Shown: positions 19,511 to 29,286 of the stretch, piece by piece | Numbering within the stretch: position 1 is the first letter of the stretch | Layout: each line of letters begins with the position of its first letter | Assembly: GCA_964547105.1 (NCBI GenBank) | Contig: CAZJLO010000001.1 | Span: 73,134 to 137,133, forward strand | Direction of reading: 5' to 3' | DNA length: 64,000 bases | DNA from: an uncultured Thermotogae bacterium | Lineage (GTDB): Bacteria > Bipolaricaulota > Bipolaricaulia > UBA7950 > UBA9294 | Notes under the pieces: model-generated | The model's input: the letters and a program-made list of their open reading frames with translations, nothing else | What the model was told of the DNA's origin: nothing | Database searches by the model: none | Position numbers and translations under genes: made by a program

Positions 19511-20842
19511 ATGATACCACGACTGCTTGCCGTCGAATGGATGCTTGCTCACGAAGGTCTCGCGCGCGAGGGCTTCTTCGATTCGCCATCGTTCTCCTCG
19601 GTTGATGCCGTCTTGATCGACCCGTTGTCCATTGCCAGTCATTGGGCCACCGTGGGAATCGACGGCTCGGGAGATCGTCGAACGCATCGCGGTCACGATC
19701 TGGGTCTCGGACGAGCGGTATCCTCGGTGATGGCCCGACGGCGGCGGGAGGCATCCGACCTCCTTCTCAAGGCAGGAGGAACGTTGGTTTGCCGTCTTCG
19801 CCCCCGCGGGCGGCCTCTTCACATTCTGTCCGATGACGGACCCTCCGAACGAATCGATCGTTACAGCTGGTTGCCGTCTGTCTCGCACGTCGATCGGCAG
19901 TACCATCTTTCGTTCCCGGCAAACAGCCGCTTCGTCCCTCGCCGTGGCACGGACATCCACCTCGCCGGAACGGATAGCCCGTTTGAGGAATTCCTCAAAC
20001 GGGTGGCCGGGAATCTTGAATACGAGGCGGTTTGTCAGGATCTTCTTGAGACACCGATCGAGCACTTCGCAACCGTGCTTGCCCGCAACCGGATCGGCGA
20101 TGTCATTGCGGTGGAGATCCCGTACGGAGAAGGCCGGCTTGTTCTGGTTCCGCCCACACGCGGCGTGTCCCCTGCATCGGAAGCAACGGCACTGGTCGAG
20201 GCATTGATGAAAGTCGGCACTCGTTCAGGATTCGAAGGCGCACCTGATTGGATCTCTTCCTACGAGACCACGGGAGAACCGGCTCTGCGGGACGAATTGA
20301 CCAGCCTGACCAACCGACGTGACAAACTCAACGCCAAGATCGAGGAAACGCAGAAACGATACGATACAACGACGCTGATGAAACGGCTCCTGTTCGCGCA
20401 AAGCCAAGCGGCTCTCAGGCAGGCGGGAGAGGATGCATGCCGCGCTCTGGGATTCGAACTCGAGACAACTCCGGATGGGCTGATCATCCGCTCCCCCGAG
20501 GGCACTGCGCGGATGATGTTCGCCGCATCGGACAGCGCCGTCGATATCCAGCCGTATCGCCGCTTGCTGAAATTCATCGACCGCGCACGAACGGAAAACA
20601 CGGATCCAAAGAAGGGGATCCTCGTTGTGAACGGGTTCAGACATCTCGATCCCAGGCAACGATCCACCGAATTCACCGAGCCGGTGCGCCGGGGCTGCAA
20701 ATCTCAGGGGTTCTGCCTCATGACGTCGTATGACCTGTTTCGCCTTGCGATACAAGATGGCGATTCAGATGGCCGAGCCGCCGCCGCTCTGCGGAAGAAG
20801 ATTCTGGAAACAGACGGCGTGTTCAAGTTCGCGAAATCGTGA
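19511..20842 (+). CDS. Hypothetical protein of 443 aa with a central coiled coil; its stop overlaps the mraY start
   Basis: Long ORF with ordinary amino-acid composition. GTGA stop/start overlap with mraY. No recognisable catalytic motif. Confidence 0.55.
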   Translation: MIPRLLAVEWMLAHEGLAREGFFDSPSFSSVDAVLIDPLSIASHWATVGIDGSGDRRTHRGHDLGLGRAVSSVMARRRREASDLLLKAGGTLVCRLRPRGRPLHILSDDGPSERIDRYSWLPSVSHVDRQYHLSFPANSRFVPRRGTDIHLAGTDSPFEEFLKRVAGNLEYEAVCQDLLETPIEHFATVLARNRIGDVIAVEIPYGEGRLVLVPPTRGVSPASEATALVEALMKVGTRSGFEGAPDWISSYETTGEPALRDELTSLTNRRDKLNAKIEETQKRYDTTTLMKRLLFAQSQAALRQAGEDACRALGFELETTPDGLIIRSPEGTARMMFAASDSAVDIQPYRRLLKFIDRARTENTDPKKGILVVNGFRHLDPRQRSTEFTEPVRRGCKSQGFCLMTSYDLFRLAIQDGDSDGRAAAALRKKILETDGVFKFAKS

Positions 20843-21837
20843 CCGCCGTCTGGATTTTGGCTCTTGTGGCCGGCGTGGTGTGCGTCGCGATATCCAGCGT
20901 CTTCTCGTGCGTCATGACAAACCATTGCGTCGGCAAACATATCCGCAGGCACGGTCCGCGGTCACACCTCGCCAAAGAAGGCACGCCAACGATGGGCGGT
21001 GGGGTCGTCCTGGTTGTCTGGGGGATGAGCCTCGCCGTGCTGGAAGGAATTGGGCAAGGAGCGACAACCTCTTGGATGCTCTACGCTGCGTCGGCTCTGT
21101 TCGGTGCGATTGGGCTGACCGATGATCTGCTGTCGCAACGCCACCCCGAACAGGCGGCAACCGGATCCGGGATGCGCCCCTGGCAGAAGATCGCTCTTGG
21201 AACCGTTGCCTGGGGCTTCTTGGTCGGACTTTTCCCCGGCCTGCTTCGGACCGAGTACTTCGTCCCGTTTTCGTCGATGTCCGTTCAAATCCCTGATTGG
21301 CTCGCCTTCCCGCTGACGTGGTTTGTGTTCACCGGAACCACGAACAGCATGAATCTGACCGACGGGCTGGACGGTCTTGCCACGGGGGTGGCTGCAATCT
21401 CGATGCTCGGGCTCGTCGTTGCATTCCCCGATTCGACTCCTACCGCAGCCGTTCTCGTGCTCATCGCAATCCTCATCGGGTTCCTTTGGAGCAACGGCTA
21501 TCCATCGAAGCTATTCATGGGGGATGTCGGCTCGTTTGCGTTGGGGGGGGTCCTCGCCGTGCTGACCGTCGACAACGGACTCGTCTTCTTCCTTCCGTTC
21601 TTTGCCGCCGTTCCTTTGCTGGAAGCTCTATCCGTCATCGCTCAAGTTGGGCTGTTCCGAGCAACGGGAATGCGCCTGTTTCGGATGAGTCCGCTGCACC
21701 ATCATTTCGAGGAAACGACATCTGTTCACCGAGCGTTTCTTCTTCCTGCCGTCACGTTGGTCGAGCCGAAAATCACGATGCGTCTCTGGATTGCCCACGC
21801 ACTGTTTGTCGCCCTCGGGGTACTCGCGGCTCGCTAG
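20839..21837 (+). CDS. mraY: Phospho-N-acetylmuramoyl-pentapeptide transferase
   Basis: MraY-specific motifs HLAKEGTPTMGG, NSMNLTDGLDGLA, MGDVGSFALGG and SPLHHHFE. Confidence 0.85.
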   Translation: MTAVWILALVAGVVCVAISSVFSCVMTNHCVGKHIRRHGPRSHLAKEGTPTMGGGVVLVVWGMSLAVLEGIGQGATTSWMLYAASALFGAIGLTDDLLSQRHPEQAATGSGMRPWQKIALGTVAWGFLVGLFPGLLRTEYFVPFSSMSVQIPDWLAFPLTWFVFTGTTNSMNLTDGLDGLATGVAAISMLGLVVAFPDSTPTAAVLVLIAILIGFLWSNGYPSKLFMGDVGSFALGGVLAVLTVDNGLVFFLPFFAAVPLLEALSVIAQVGLFRATGMRLFRMSPLHHHFEETTSVHRAFLLPAVTLVEPKITMRLWIAHALFVALGVLAAR

Positions 21838-21885
21838 CAAACCAAACTCGGCAAGCCCGGAAGCCTACCGAGTGCGTGGACGGTG

Positions 21886-21971
<86 letters not shown>

Positions 21972-22107
21972 GTGGTGAACAGCGGTCAGTTTATGCCCCG
22001 TCGCGGTCGCTGTCAAGATCGAACCGCCCACGTACGCCGGAATCTCGGATGAATATCACGGCAGTGCCCGACGTGCTTCTACCGATCGTTGGCGCCCCGT
22101 GCATCGC

Positions 22108-22136
22108 TTGGCACACCGCGATCCATCTGATAGAAT
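22108..22136 (+). promoter_or_regulatory. Candidate promoter for the crp/fnr-family gene: -35 TTGGCA, 17-nt spacer, -10 TAGAAT
   Basis: TTGGCAcaccgcgatccatctgaTAGAAT, about 105 nt upstream of the start codon. Confidence 0.4.
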
Positions 22137-22242
22137 GAACGGACGTGTGACCTCGCTCAGGTGGTGACCAGGGGTAACTATCGACACGTACCAGATCGCT
22201 CCCGTGTTCGGGGAACCGGAGGACGGTCAAGGGGGGGTAGGG

Positions 22243-22917
22243 ATGGCAGAGCTCAAGGACTTCCGCATCTTCTCCGATCTCAAGGCCAAGGATCTCGAAA
22301 GGCTCAAACAGACAGTTCGCCGGATTGAATGTGGAAAGGGAGAGATCATATTCCACGAAGGGGCGCCTGCTTTCGGCTTCTACCTGATCTTTGAGGGTAT
22401 GGTGAAGCTGGTCAAACGCAGCACGCGCGCCAAGAGTCAGATCCTCAAGATCGCCGGACCGGGAGAGATCCTCGGTGAAACGACCCTGTTCGACAAGGGG
22501 AGTCACAATGCGTATGCCAAGACTCTGGATCCTGTGGTCGTCGGCTTCATCGAGCGAGGAGATTTCTTCCATTTTCTCGAGCGACATCCGAAGACCATCT
22601 TCCGCCTGTACGAGAAACTCTCCGAGGAACTGAAGGCATTTCAGAACAAGCTTGCCGAACGCTCCTACTCGTCGAGCAAGGAGCGACTTGCCCGTCTGAT
22701 TCTCCACCTCGGCAAGAGCGGCGTTGAACTGTCGCGGGCAGAGCTGGCAGAGATGGCCGGCGTTTCTTCAAAGACCGCGATCCGTACGTTGAGCGAGCTC
22801 GAGAATCGCGGGATTATCGCGATGGAGAACCGCCGCATCCGCATCCTGCGCGAAGACTATCTTCAGAAAATCATGGAACCGTTCTCCGTCAATCTTGATC
22901 CCAATCTGATCATCTAG
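22243..22917 (+). CDS. Crp/Fnr-family transcriptional regulator
   Basis: cNMP-binding domain (GEIIFHEGAPAFGFYLIFEGMVKL) plus a C-terminal HTH (RAELAEMAGVSSKTAIRTLSELE). No Fnr-type Cys cluster. Confidence 0.85.
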   Translation: MAELKDFRIFSDLKAKDLERLKQTVRRIECGKGEIIFHEGAPAFGFYLIFEGMVKLVKRSTRAKSQILKIAGPGEILGETTLFDKGSHNAYAKTLDPVVVGFIERGDFFHFLERHPKTIFRLYEKLSEELKAFQNKLAERSYSSSKERLARLILHLGKSGVELSRAELAEMAGVSSKTAIRTLSELENRGIIAMENRRIRILREDYLQKIMEPFSVNLDPNLII

Positions 22918-23023
22918 CGGACTGAAAAACGTCTTCCTCTTAGGTGATCTGTGTCCTGTCGGATACTCACCGATTTCCGTATGGTGCAATTGAAGGCTCG
23001 TCCATCTCTGCCTGAAACGATGT

Positions 23024-24880
23024 TTGAGGAATGAACCATTGACCACACGATCCAACACTGTGGAGAAGGGTATTGTTGTCGCTTCGGCGTACGTCATTGC
23101 GGTGCTCGTACTTGTCGTTCTTCGCATGACCGAGACGTTGCCGATTCCTCTTGTCTTCATCGCGCTCGCGGTACCGCTTGCCCTGGTCGCAGCAAGTGTT
23201 CGACTTCGTGGTTCACTCGTAATCGCCGTTCTCACATCGGCAATCGGCGTTCCTTTCCTGTTGCACTCGGACGGGCTTCTCATCGGTGTGCTGTTCGCCA
23301 CCAACCTCTCTGTGGCTTCGATCATTGGGCTGGCGGTGGGCCGACGCGCCGGAATGCGGGATCGCTGGCGGCATTCTCATACCCTTGATGACCGTCACGA
23401 CGATGAGGTATTCGAAGGCTCGCTGAACGTTCTCCACTTCATCGATCGTGAGGGAACCATCCTCCGCCGGAACGAGTCATCACGTAGCGTTCTCGGGCAC
23501 ATGACAAAGCGGTCGCTGCAATTTTCGGAGTATGTCCACCCGGAAGAGTTGGACCGCATGAAAACCGAATTGATGCGGCTGTTCGAGCGAGGAGAGATCC
23601 GCGACATTAAGACGCGGTTCATGAACGAGCGACGCGAGCAGATTCCTATGGAGCTACGCGCTCAACGGATTTCGGATCGAATGGCTCTCGTCGAGGCGCA
23701 GGATCGCCGCCAAGTGGTTGCGCTGGAGCGGCGCTTGATGGAAGCGGAAGCACGCTACCGGTTTCTCATCGAGGCAGCCGTGGACACGCTTGATTCGGGA
23801 ATCATCATCAGCGATCGCAAACACCATGTCGTTTGGGCGAACGAGACCATCGGGCGGTTCTTCGGGATTGACCGAGATCGATTGATCGGGATCGATTCCA
23901 TGCGAGCATTCGCCCGATTTGTCGGGGTTTTCGAGAACTGCGAAGAAGTCAGTCGTGTCGTCGAGCAAGCGATCGATGCCCGGACGCCAGTCGAATCCTA
24001 TACATGCCGTGTCAAGCCCGGTATGGGACGAGAGGAGCGCGTGTTGGCCTACCGATCGATTCCCGTGGAAACGGAGCGCTATCGTGGCGGACGGATTGAC
24101 CACTTCATCGACATCACCGAGATCAAGCGATTGGAGGAGGGCCTGCTGGAAAAGACGCAGAATCTCCAACGGACACTCCAGAAGCTCGAGGAATTCTCGT
24201 ACGTCGTCTCTCATGACCTCAAAGAACCGCTCCGCACCGTAGAGGCGTTCAGTGGATTCCTCATCGAAGACTACGCAGACAAACTGGATGAAGAGGGCAA
24301 TACGTACCTTCAGACATTGCGCAAGACGTCCGGCCGGATGCGGGCGTTGATCAACGATCTTCTTTCCCTGTCAAGCATCCACATCGATTCGGCTTCCACC
24401 GAGAGAATTCCCGTTTCGAGGCTACTTGAGGAGACGCGCGGGGATCTTGAGATGAGGCTGCGCGGCGTAAACCTCCAGATTGACGAAGATCTTCCTACTG
24501 TGGTTGGGAGCGAGGTACGGATCGGAGAGTTGTTCAGCAACTTGATCGTGAACGCAATCAAGTACAATGATAAGGCTTTGCCCACGTTGCATGTTGGATG
24601 GACCCACAAGGAGAACCGTAACGGTATGTGTACCTTTTTCGTCAAGGACAACGGAATCGGAATAGAAAGCCGATACCGTGAAAGGATCTTCGGCATCTTC
24701 GAGAAGCTGAATCCTCGCAAGGATGTTGAAGGAACAGGCGCTGGTTTGGCGATCTGTAAGCGGATCGTCGAAGAACATGGGGGGGATATCTGGGTGGAAT
24801 CCGAGGTGGGGGTAGGAAGCACGTTCTTCTTCACCCTGCCCAGAGCAACGGCAAGAAGCGAGGTGGAAACCCATGCTTAG
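23024..24880 (+). CDS. Sensor histidine kinase with three TM segments and PAS domains
   Basis: HisKA H-box VVSHDLKEPLRT; HATPase_c motifs NLIVNAIKYN, DNGIGI, GTGAGLAICKRIVEEHGG. The first codon is TTG; the true start is uncertain. Confidence 0.85.
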   Translation: MRNEPLTTRSNTVEKGIVVASAYVIAVLVLVVLRMTETLPIPLVFIALAVPLALVAASVRLRGSLVIAVLTSAIGVPFLLHSDGLLIGVLFATNLSVASIIGLAVGRRAGMRDRWRHSHTLDDRHDDEVFEGSLNVLHFIDREGTILRRNESSRSVLGHMTKRSLQFSEYVHPEELDRMKTELMRLFERGEIRDIKTRFMNERREQIPMELRAQRISDRMALVEAQDRRQVVALERRLMEAEARYRFLIEAAVDTLDSGIIISDRKHHVVWANETIGRFFGIDRDRLIGIDSMRAFARFVGVFENCEEVSRVVEQAIDARTPVESYTCRVKPGMGREERVLAYRSIPVETERYRGGRIDHFIDITEIKRLEEGLLEKTQNLQRTLQKLEEFSYVVSHDLKEPLRTVEAFSGFLIEDYADKLDEEGNTYLQTLRKTSGRMRALINDLLSLSSIHIDSASTERIPVSRLLEETRGDLEMRLRGVNLQIDEDLPTVVGSEVRIGELFSNLIVNAIKYNDKALPTLHVGWTHKENRNGMCTFFVKDNGIGIESRYRERIFGIFEKLNPRKDVEGTGAGLAICKRIVEEHGGDIWVESEVGVGSTFFFTLPRATARSEVETHA

Positions 24881-25307
24881 CCCGGACCGAATGAACGTCC
24901 TGGTTGTCGAGGATAACGAGGACGACGTGATGATCATCAAGCGTGCCATGCGCAAGAGTGAGTTCAAGTGCGACCTTTACTTCGCCTACGATGGCGAGCA
25001 GGCACTGGACTTTCTTCACCGGCAAGGCGAGTTTGATGACGCACCCAAGCCCGACTTGGTCCTTCTCGATCTCAAGCTCCCCAAAGCGAACGGATTCGAA
25101 GTCCTCGCGGTCATCAAACAAGATGAACGTCTGCGGAGGATCCCCGTTATCGTCTTGACGAACTCCGAGCGGGATGAGGACATGGTTCGCGCCTACGACA
25201 GCGGCGCGGCAAGCTACATGACCAAGCCGGTGGATTCCAAGGATTTTGAGCGTCTGATCCAGACGGTTCAGGAGTACTGGCGAATCGCCCGACTTCCGAC
25301 GGAATAA
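24873..25307 (+). CDS. Stand-alone response-regulator receiver (REC-only) protein
   Basis: VLVVEDNEDD...LVLLDLKLP...YMTKP in a 144-aa protein with no output domain. It overlaps the kinase stop. Confidence 0.85.
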   Translation: MLSPDRMNVLVVEDNEDDVMIIKRAMRKSEFKCDLYFAYDGEQALDFLHRQGEFDDAPKPDLVLLDLKLPKANGFEVLAVIKQDERLRRIPVIVLTNSERDEDMVRAYDSGAASYMTKPVDSKDFERLIQTVQEYWRIARLPTE

Positions 25308-25311
25308 TGAC

Positions 25312-26301
25312 CTAGCGGTGGGCGTGGCCGACGAGTACGCCAAGTCCGAGCACGACCGCAAGGGTCAGGCCGATCACAACTGTGACCGCCATCCATTCGG
25401 TCGATGGCGTCGAACCATGGGCGGGAGCGTCGACGAAATCGCCCGCTTCATCCAGGGTTTGCCCGGAAGACGGTTCTGCCGCCGCCGGCTGCTCCGGGGA
25501 ATCGTTGAGAGACTCCTTCAGGCGGACGGCCTCGTTCCGGACAATGCTCCAATCACCCGGAGTAAGCTCGCGAGGTGCTTCCGCCAGTTGGATCAGCCGC
25601 CCGACTGCAGCGACCGCTTCCCCAGGAAGGACACCAGCGGGAGCCTCCCCAAGAAAAGCGAGCGCCTCGATCCACTGGGGATCAAGCCGCGCAGCATCCG
25701 GTGCAGCGAGAAGCCCCTCAGCAATGAACGCGGCCGAGAAGCGTACTTGACCGTCAGCCTCGTCGATTTCCGCCAGAAGAGACTCCACGAGGGCATCAAG
25801 CAACTCTTTGATCTCGAGAATCATCACGAAGAACCCGTCGTCCGCGGCTTCGTTCATGATCGGAAGCAACATCTCCGGATCGGATTCGCTGAGATCGTCA
25901 AGATGCAGAAAAACCTCACGGTACAGATGATCTTCCTCCGTCAACCGCCGACGCAATTCCGTTGACGCGACGATTGGTTCCGCCGGCGGATTCGGCTCCT
26001 CAACAAGCAGTAGCATCAACTGCTCCGCAGCATCTTGCGTCCGGCGCATGACGGACGTCAGACCTTTTGGCACATTCGGCGGCGTCCCCTGGAACAAGTA
26101 CTCGCCGTACGCTTGATGAAGCGCGACACACGGCGCCCAGGAGGCAAGGCAACATCCTCCCGCTTGGCCCCATGCCTCTGCGGATGAAGAGGATGCCACA
26201 CCTCCCACACCGAACATACTGAGGACGCCTATCGCAAACAGGATCCGTATCACGCTGACGACAACTCCTTGGCTCAAGAGCAAGCGTACATCAAGACTCA
26301 T
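25312..26301 (-). CDS. Hypothetical exported and membrane-anchored acidic protein
   Basis: Signal peptide after the internal Met MSLDVRLLL and a C-terminal TM segment VTVVIGLTLAVVLGLGVLV. No known motif. Confidence 0.5.
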   Translation of the reverse strand: MSLDVRLLLSQGVVVSVIRILFAIGVLSMFGVGGVASSSSAEAWGQAGGCCLASWAPCVALHQAYGEYLFQGTPPNVPKGLTSVMRRTQDAAEQLMLLLVEEPNPPAEPIVASTELRRRLTEEDHLYREVFLHLDDLSESDPEMLLPIMNEAADDGFFVMILEIKELLDALVESLLAEIDEADGQVRFSAAFIAEGLLAAPDAARLDPQWIEALAFLGEAPAGVLPGEAVAAVGRLIQLAEAPRELTPGDWSIVRNEAVRLKESLNDSPEQPAAAEPSSGQTLDEAGDFVDAPAHGSTPSTEWMAVTVVIGLTLAVVLGLGVLVGHAHR

Positions 26302-26427
26302 GGTGTTTCGTTCTTGTCGCACATTATCATCTTCCAGTAGAATGCTTTCTAGACCAATCGGTCCGACGGTCCGACAGCTTGGCGCTACCGGATCGTGCGA
26401 CCCGGCAAGGAGCAAAGGAGGCGTCGA

Positions 26428-27603
26428 TTGAAGAAGCTACTCAGCCTGATTGCCATCGCAATGTTAGGTGTGATGGTTGTTTCAGCAATCGGATTCGCGG
26501 AAGGGCAGTTCGCTGTCGTTCTCGATGTAGGCGGGCGAGGCGACTTGTCGTTCAACGACATGGGGTTCCTCGGTGCCGAAGCGGCAGCCGCGGAGTACGA
26601 CATGGAATGGATCGAACTCCAGAGTACAACGGCAGCAGACTACGGCCCGAATCTGCGGAATCTGGCCCGCGCAGAGGAATACGATCTGATCATCGGTGTC
26701 GGATACTTGTTTACCGATGCCATGATTGAGGTCGCGGCCGAGTTCCCGGATCAGAAGTTCGCGATTATCGATGGGTACATCCTGGATACGCCAAACGTCT
26801 TGAGCATCGTCTACGCCGAGTATCAGCCGGCAGCACTGATCGGCGCCCTTGCCGCGATGGCGGGAGCGTACCACGACTACGATGCCGCAGGCGTCGTTCT
26901 GGGGATGGAGATTTCGGTCCTCTACAAGTTCGAGGCTGGTTTCCGGTTCGGGATGGCCTGGGGACTCGACAAGTACGCAGAGGAAACCGGGACGGAAGCT
27001 ACGGTGAATTTCCTGTATGACTACACGGGCTCGTTCGATGACATCGCGCTCGGAAAGACGTCATCCGAAGCGATGCTCGCCCAGGGCGCCGTGGGGATCT
27101 TCAACGTGGCCGGCCCGCTCGGCCTCGGAGACCACGAAGCCGTGGACGAAGCCCATTTGAACGCTGGCACCATGTACGGGCCTCCGTACTACTTCGGTGT
27201 TGACGCAACGCAGGATTACATCGGCAACGGCTACCACGGCATTGCAAGTGCGATGAAGCATGTGGACACCGGTGTCTATGATGCCGTCGTCAGCGTCGCA
27301 ACCGGCACCTACGAAGGCGGCCTGAAGGTGTACGGAATCAACGAAGGCGGCGGATCCATCAGCAACGTGAACGACCTGCTGAATTTCATCCCGTTCGCGA
27401 AGCGACAGGGCGCCGTCACGGTGGATACCTACGAAGTTCTGGCGAACTGGGCTATGAACCGCGCCACGCTCCCCGAGTGGATCTGGGATGCCGTTGACGA
27501 GTTGGAGGCGGGAATCGCTGATGGCTCGATCGAGGTCCCAACCGCGCTTACGTTGGAGCAGATGCGGGCGGTCCGCGCTCAGTACGAACTCGGCGCTCCG
27601 TAG
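26428..27603 (+). CDS. BMP-family (PnrA/Med-like) ABC substrate-binding lipoprotein, nucleoside-type
   Basis: FAVVLDVGGRGDLSFNDMGFLGAE motif. TTG start preceded by AAGGAGG. Confidence 0.8.
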   Translation: MKKLLSLIAIAMLGVMVVSAIGFAEGQFAVVLDVGGRGDLSFNDMGFLGAEAAAAEYDMEWIELQSTTAADYGPNLRNLARAEEYDLIIGVGYLFTDAMIEVAAEFPDQKFAIIDGYILDTPNVLSIVYAEYQPAALIGALAAMAGAYHDYDAAGVVLGMEISVLYKFEAGFRFGMAWGLDKYAEETGTEATVNFLYDYTGSFDDIALGKTSSEAMLAQGAVGIFNVAGPLGLGDHEAVDEAHLNAGTMYGPPYYFGVDATQDYIGNGYHGIASAMKHVDTGVYDAVVSVATGTYEGGLKVYGINEGGGSISNVNDLLNFIPFAKRQGAVTVDTYEVLANWAMNRATLPEWIWDAVDELEAGIADGSIEVPTALTLEQMRAVRAQYELGAP

Positions 27604-27631
27604 GTGGCACGATCTAAGCTCTGCTAAGTCC

Positions 27632-27670
27632 GGGAGAGAGGACCTTAAGGGACTCTCTCCCATCTTTCTG
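27632..27670 (+). terminator. Hairpin GGGAGAGAG...CTCTCTCCC plus a T-rich tail after the SBP gene (partial terminator/attenuator)
   Basis: 9-bp perfect stem followed by ATCTTTCTG. It lies between the SBP and ATPase genes. Confidence 0.3.
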
Positions 27671-27693
27671 GGTCTGCTGGACACCATCGGGAG

Positions 27694-29286
27694 ATGTTGA
27701 TGACTCAAGAAAACAGCTACTACCTACGTGCAGAAGGCATTACCAAGGTCTACTCGGACGGCACCGTCGCACTAAAAGAAGCAACCATCGATATCCATTC
27801 CTATGAGATCATGGGGCTTCTTGGAGAGAACGGTGCCGGGAAAACGACCTTTACGAAGATCCTGTCAGGGCTCCTCCCTCCAACGAGAGGCCGTGTCATC
27901 TCTCCCAGCGGGCCCGTCCGTTTCACATGCCCGCGCGAGGCGTTGGATTTCGGGATTGGCATGGTTCACCAGCACTTCGCCCTTGTCGGAACGTTCACCG
28001 CTACCGAGAACGTCGCACTGAGCCACGAGCGGCCACTCTCGCGGATCCGGCTTACCAAGGCGAAAGAGCGGCTCGAGACGTTGATGGAGCAAAGCGGGCT
28101 TCATGTTCCGCTTGACGTTCCTGTCGAAAAACTGGCTGTGGGCGAGCAGCAACGCGTCGAGATCCTGAAGGTCCTCTCGCGCGATGTCGATTTGCTGATC
28201 CTCGACGAACCCACATCCGTTCTGACCCCCTTGGAAGTCGATGAGCTGTTCGAGCTTCTCACCAAGCTGAAGGAAGCAGGAACTTCGCTGATCTTGATCA
28301 CACACAAGCTCAAGGAAGTTCAGTCGGTTACGGATCGCATTGTCGTCCTTCGCCACGGCGAACTTGTGGGCGATGTCCAAACACAGGCAACAAACACAGA
28401 TAGGCTTGCTCAACTCATGGTAGGGCAGGCAGCGGACGAAGGCATCGACGCGGTGGAACTTCGAACGGATGACATTCCGATCCGAGCCCAGCGCGCGGAA
28501 CCTGATCGATCGGCTCCCAGTGTGCTTCGCGTCGAGAACCTGTTCGTCAAAGGCGACACCGGCGAGGTTGCTGTAGAAGGTGTTTCTCTCGATGTCTATG
28601 GTGGTGAGATCTTCGGAATCGCCGGTGTGGAGGGAAACGGACAGAGCGAGCTCGTCGAATCGCTCACGGGGTTGCGCGTTCCGGTCTCGGGAGAGGCAAC
28701 GGTTAACGGGGAGAACATCCTCGGTGAGGATCCGCGCATCATCTACAAGATGGGCGTGGCTCACATTCCGGAAGATCGCTGGGAGTTGGGCCTTGTCCTT
28801 CCATTCACGCTTGCGGAAAACGCGATCCTCGGAGTCCATCAGTGGGAGGAGTTCAAGGGCCCGCTGGGGTTCTTGAAGTGGCCCACGATTAACCGCCATG
28901 TTCGTGCACTGATGGATCAGTTCGACATCCGTGCCACCGGCCCGGGGGCACCGGCAAAGAGCCTCTCGGGAGGGAATCAGCAGAAACTGATCGTGGGGCG
29001 TGAACTGGCCAAGGATCCGGCGATCATTGTGGCGGCACAGCCCACGCGCGGACTGGATATCGGAGCGGCGAAGTACATTCGAGACTTGCTTGTGGATATG
29101 CGGAACAAGGGGCGTGCGATCTTGTTGGTGTCGGCCGATCTCGACGAGGTTCTTGCTCTGTCGGATCGGATCGCCATCATGTACGAGGGGCGTTTCATGG
29201 CCGTCTGTTCTCCTGGGGAACTCAATCGTCAGAAAATCGGCCTGCTGATGGGCGGCGCTGTCGCCTGTGAGGAGGAAGCAACATGA
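27694..29286 (+). CDS. ABC transporter ATP-binding protein with duplicated ATPase domains (nucleoside/sugar type)
   Basis: Two sets of Walker A/B motifs (GENGAGKTT...LDEPT and LSGGNQQK...) in 530 aa. Confidence 0.85.
   Translation: MLMTQENSYYLRAEGITKVYSDGTVALKEATIDIHSYEIMGLLGENGAGKTTFTKILSGLLPPTRGRVISPSGPVRFTCPREALDFGIGMVHQHFALVGTFTATENVALSHERPLSRIRLTKAKERLETLMEQSGLHVPLDVPVEKLAVGEQQRVEILKVLSRDVDLLILDEPTSVLTPLEVDELFELLTKLKEAGTSLILITHKLKEVQSVTDRIVVLRHGELVGDVQTQATNTDRLAQLMVGQAADEGIDAVELRTDDIPIRAQRAEPDRSAPSVLRVENLFVKGDTGEVAVEGVSLDVYGGEIFGIAGVEGNGQSELVESLTGLRVPVSGEATVNGENILGEDPRIIYKMGVAHIPEDRWELGLVLPFTLAENAILGVHQWEEFKGPLGFLKWPTINRHVRALMDQFDIRATGPGAPAKSLSGGNQQKLIVGRELAKDPAIIVAAQPTRGLDIGAAKYIRDLLVDMRNKGRAILLVSADLDEVLALSDRIAIMYEGRFMAVCSPGELNRQKIGLLMGGAVACEEEAT

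Noticed and set aside
22137-22242. Possible Crp/Fnr autoregulatory site TGTGAcctcgctcaggtggTGACC in the crp 5' UTR
   Set aside because: Half-site spacing of 14 nt does not fit TGTGA-N6-TCACA or TTGAT-N4-ATCAA.
21991-22707. 238-aa minus-strand ORF overlapping the crp/fnr gene
   Set aside because: Entirely antisense to a well-supported Crp/Fnr CDS. Composition is typical of GC-rich antisense frames, and there is no RBS.
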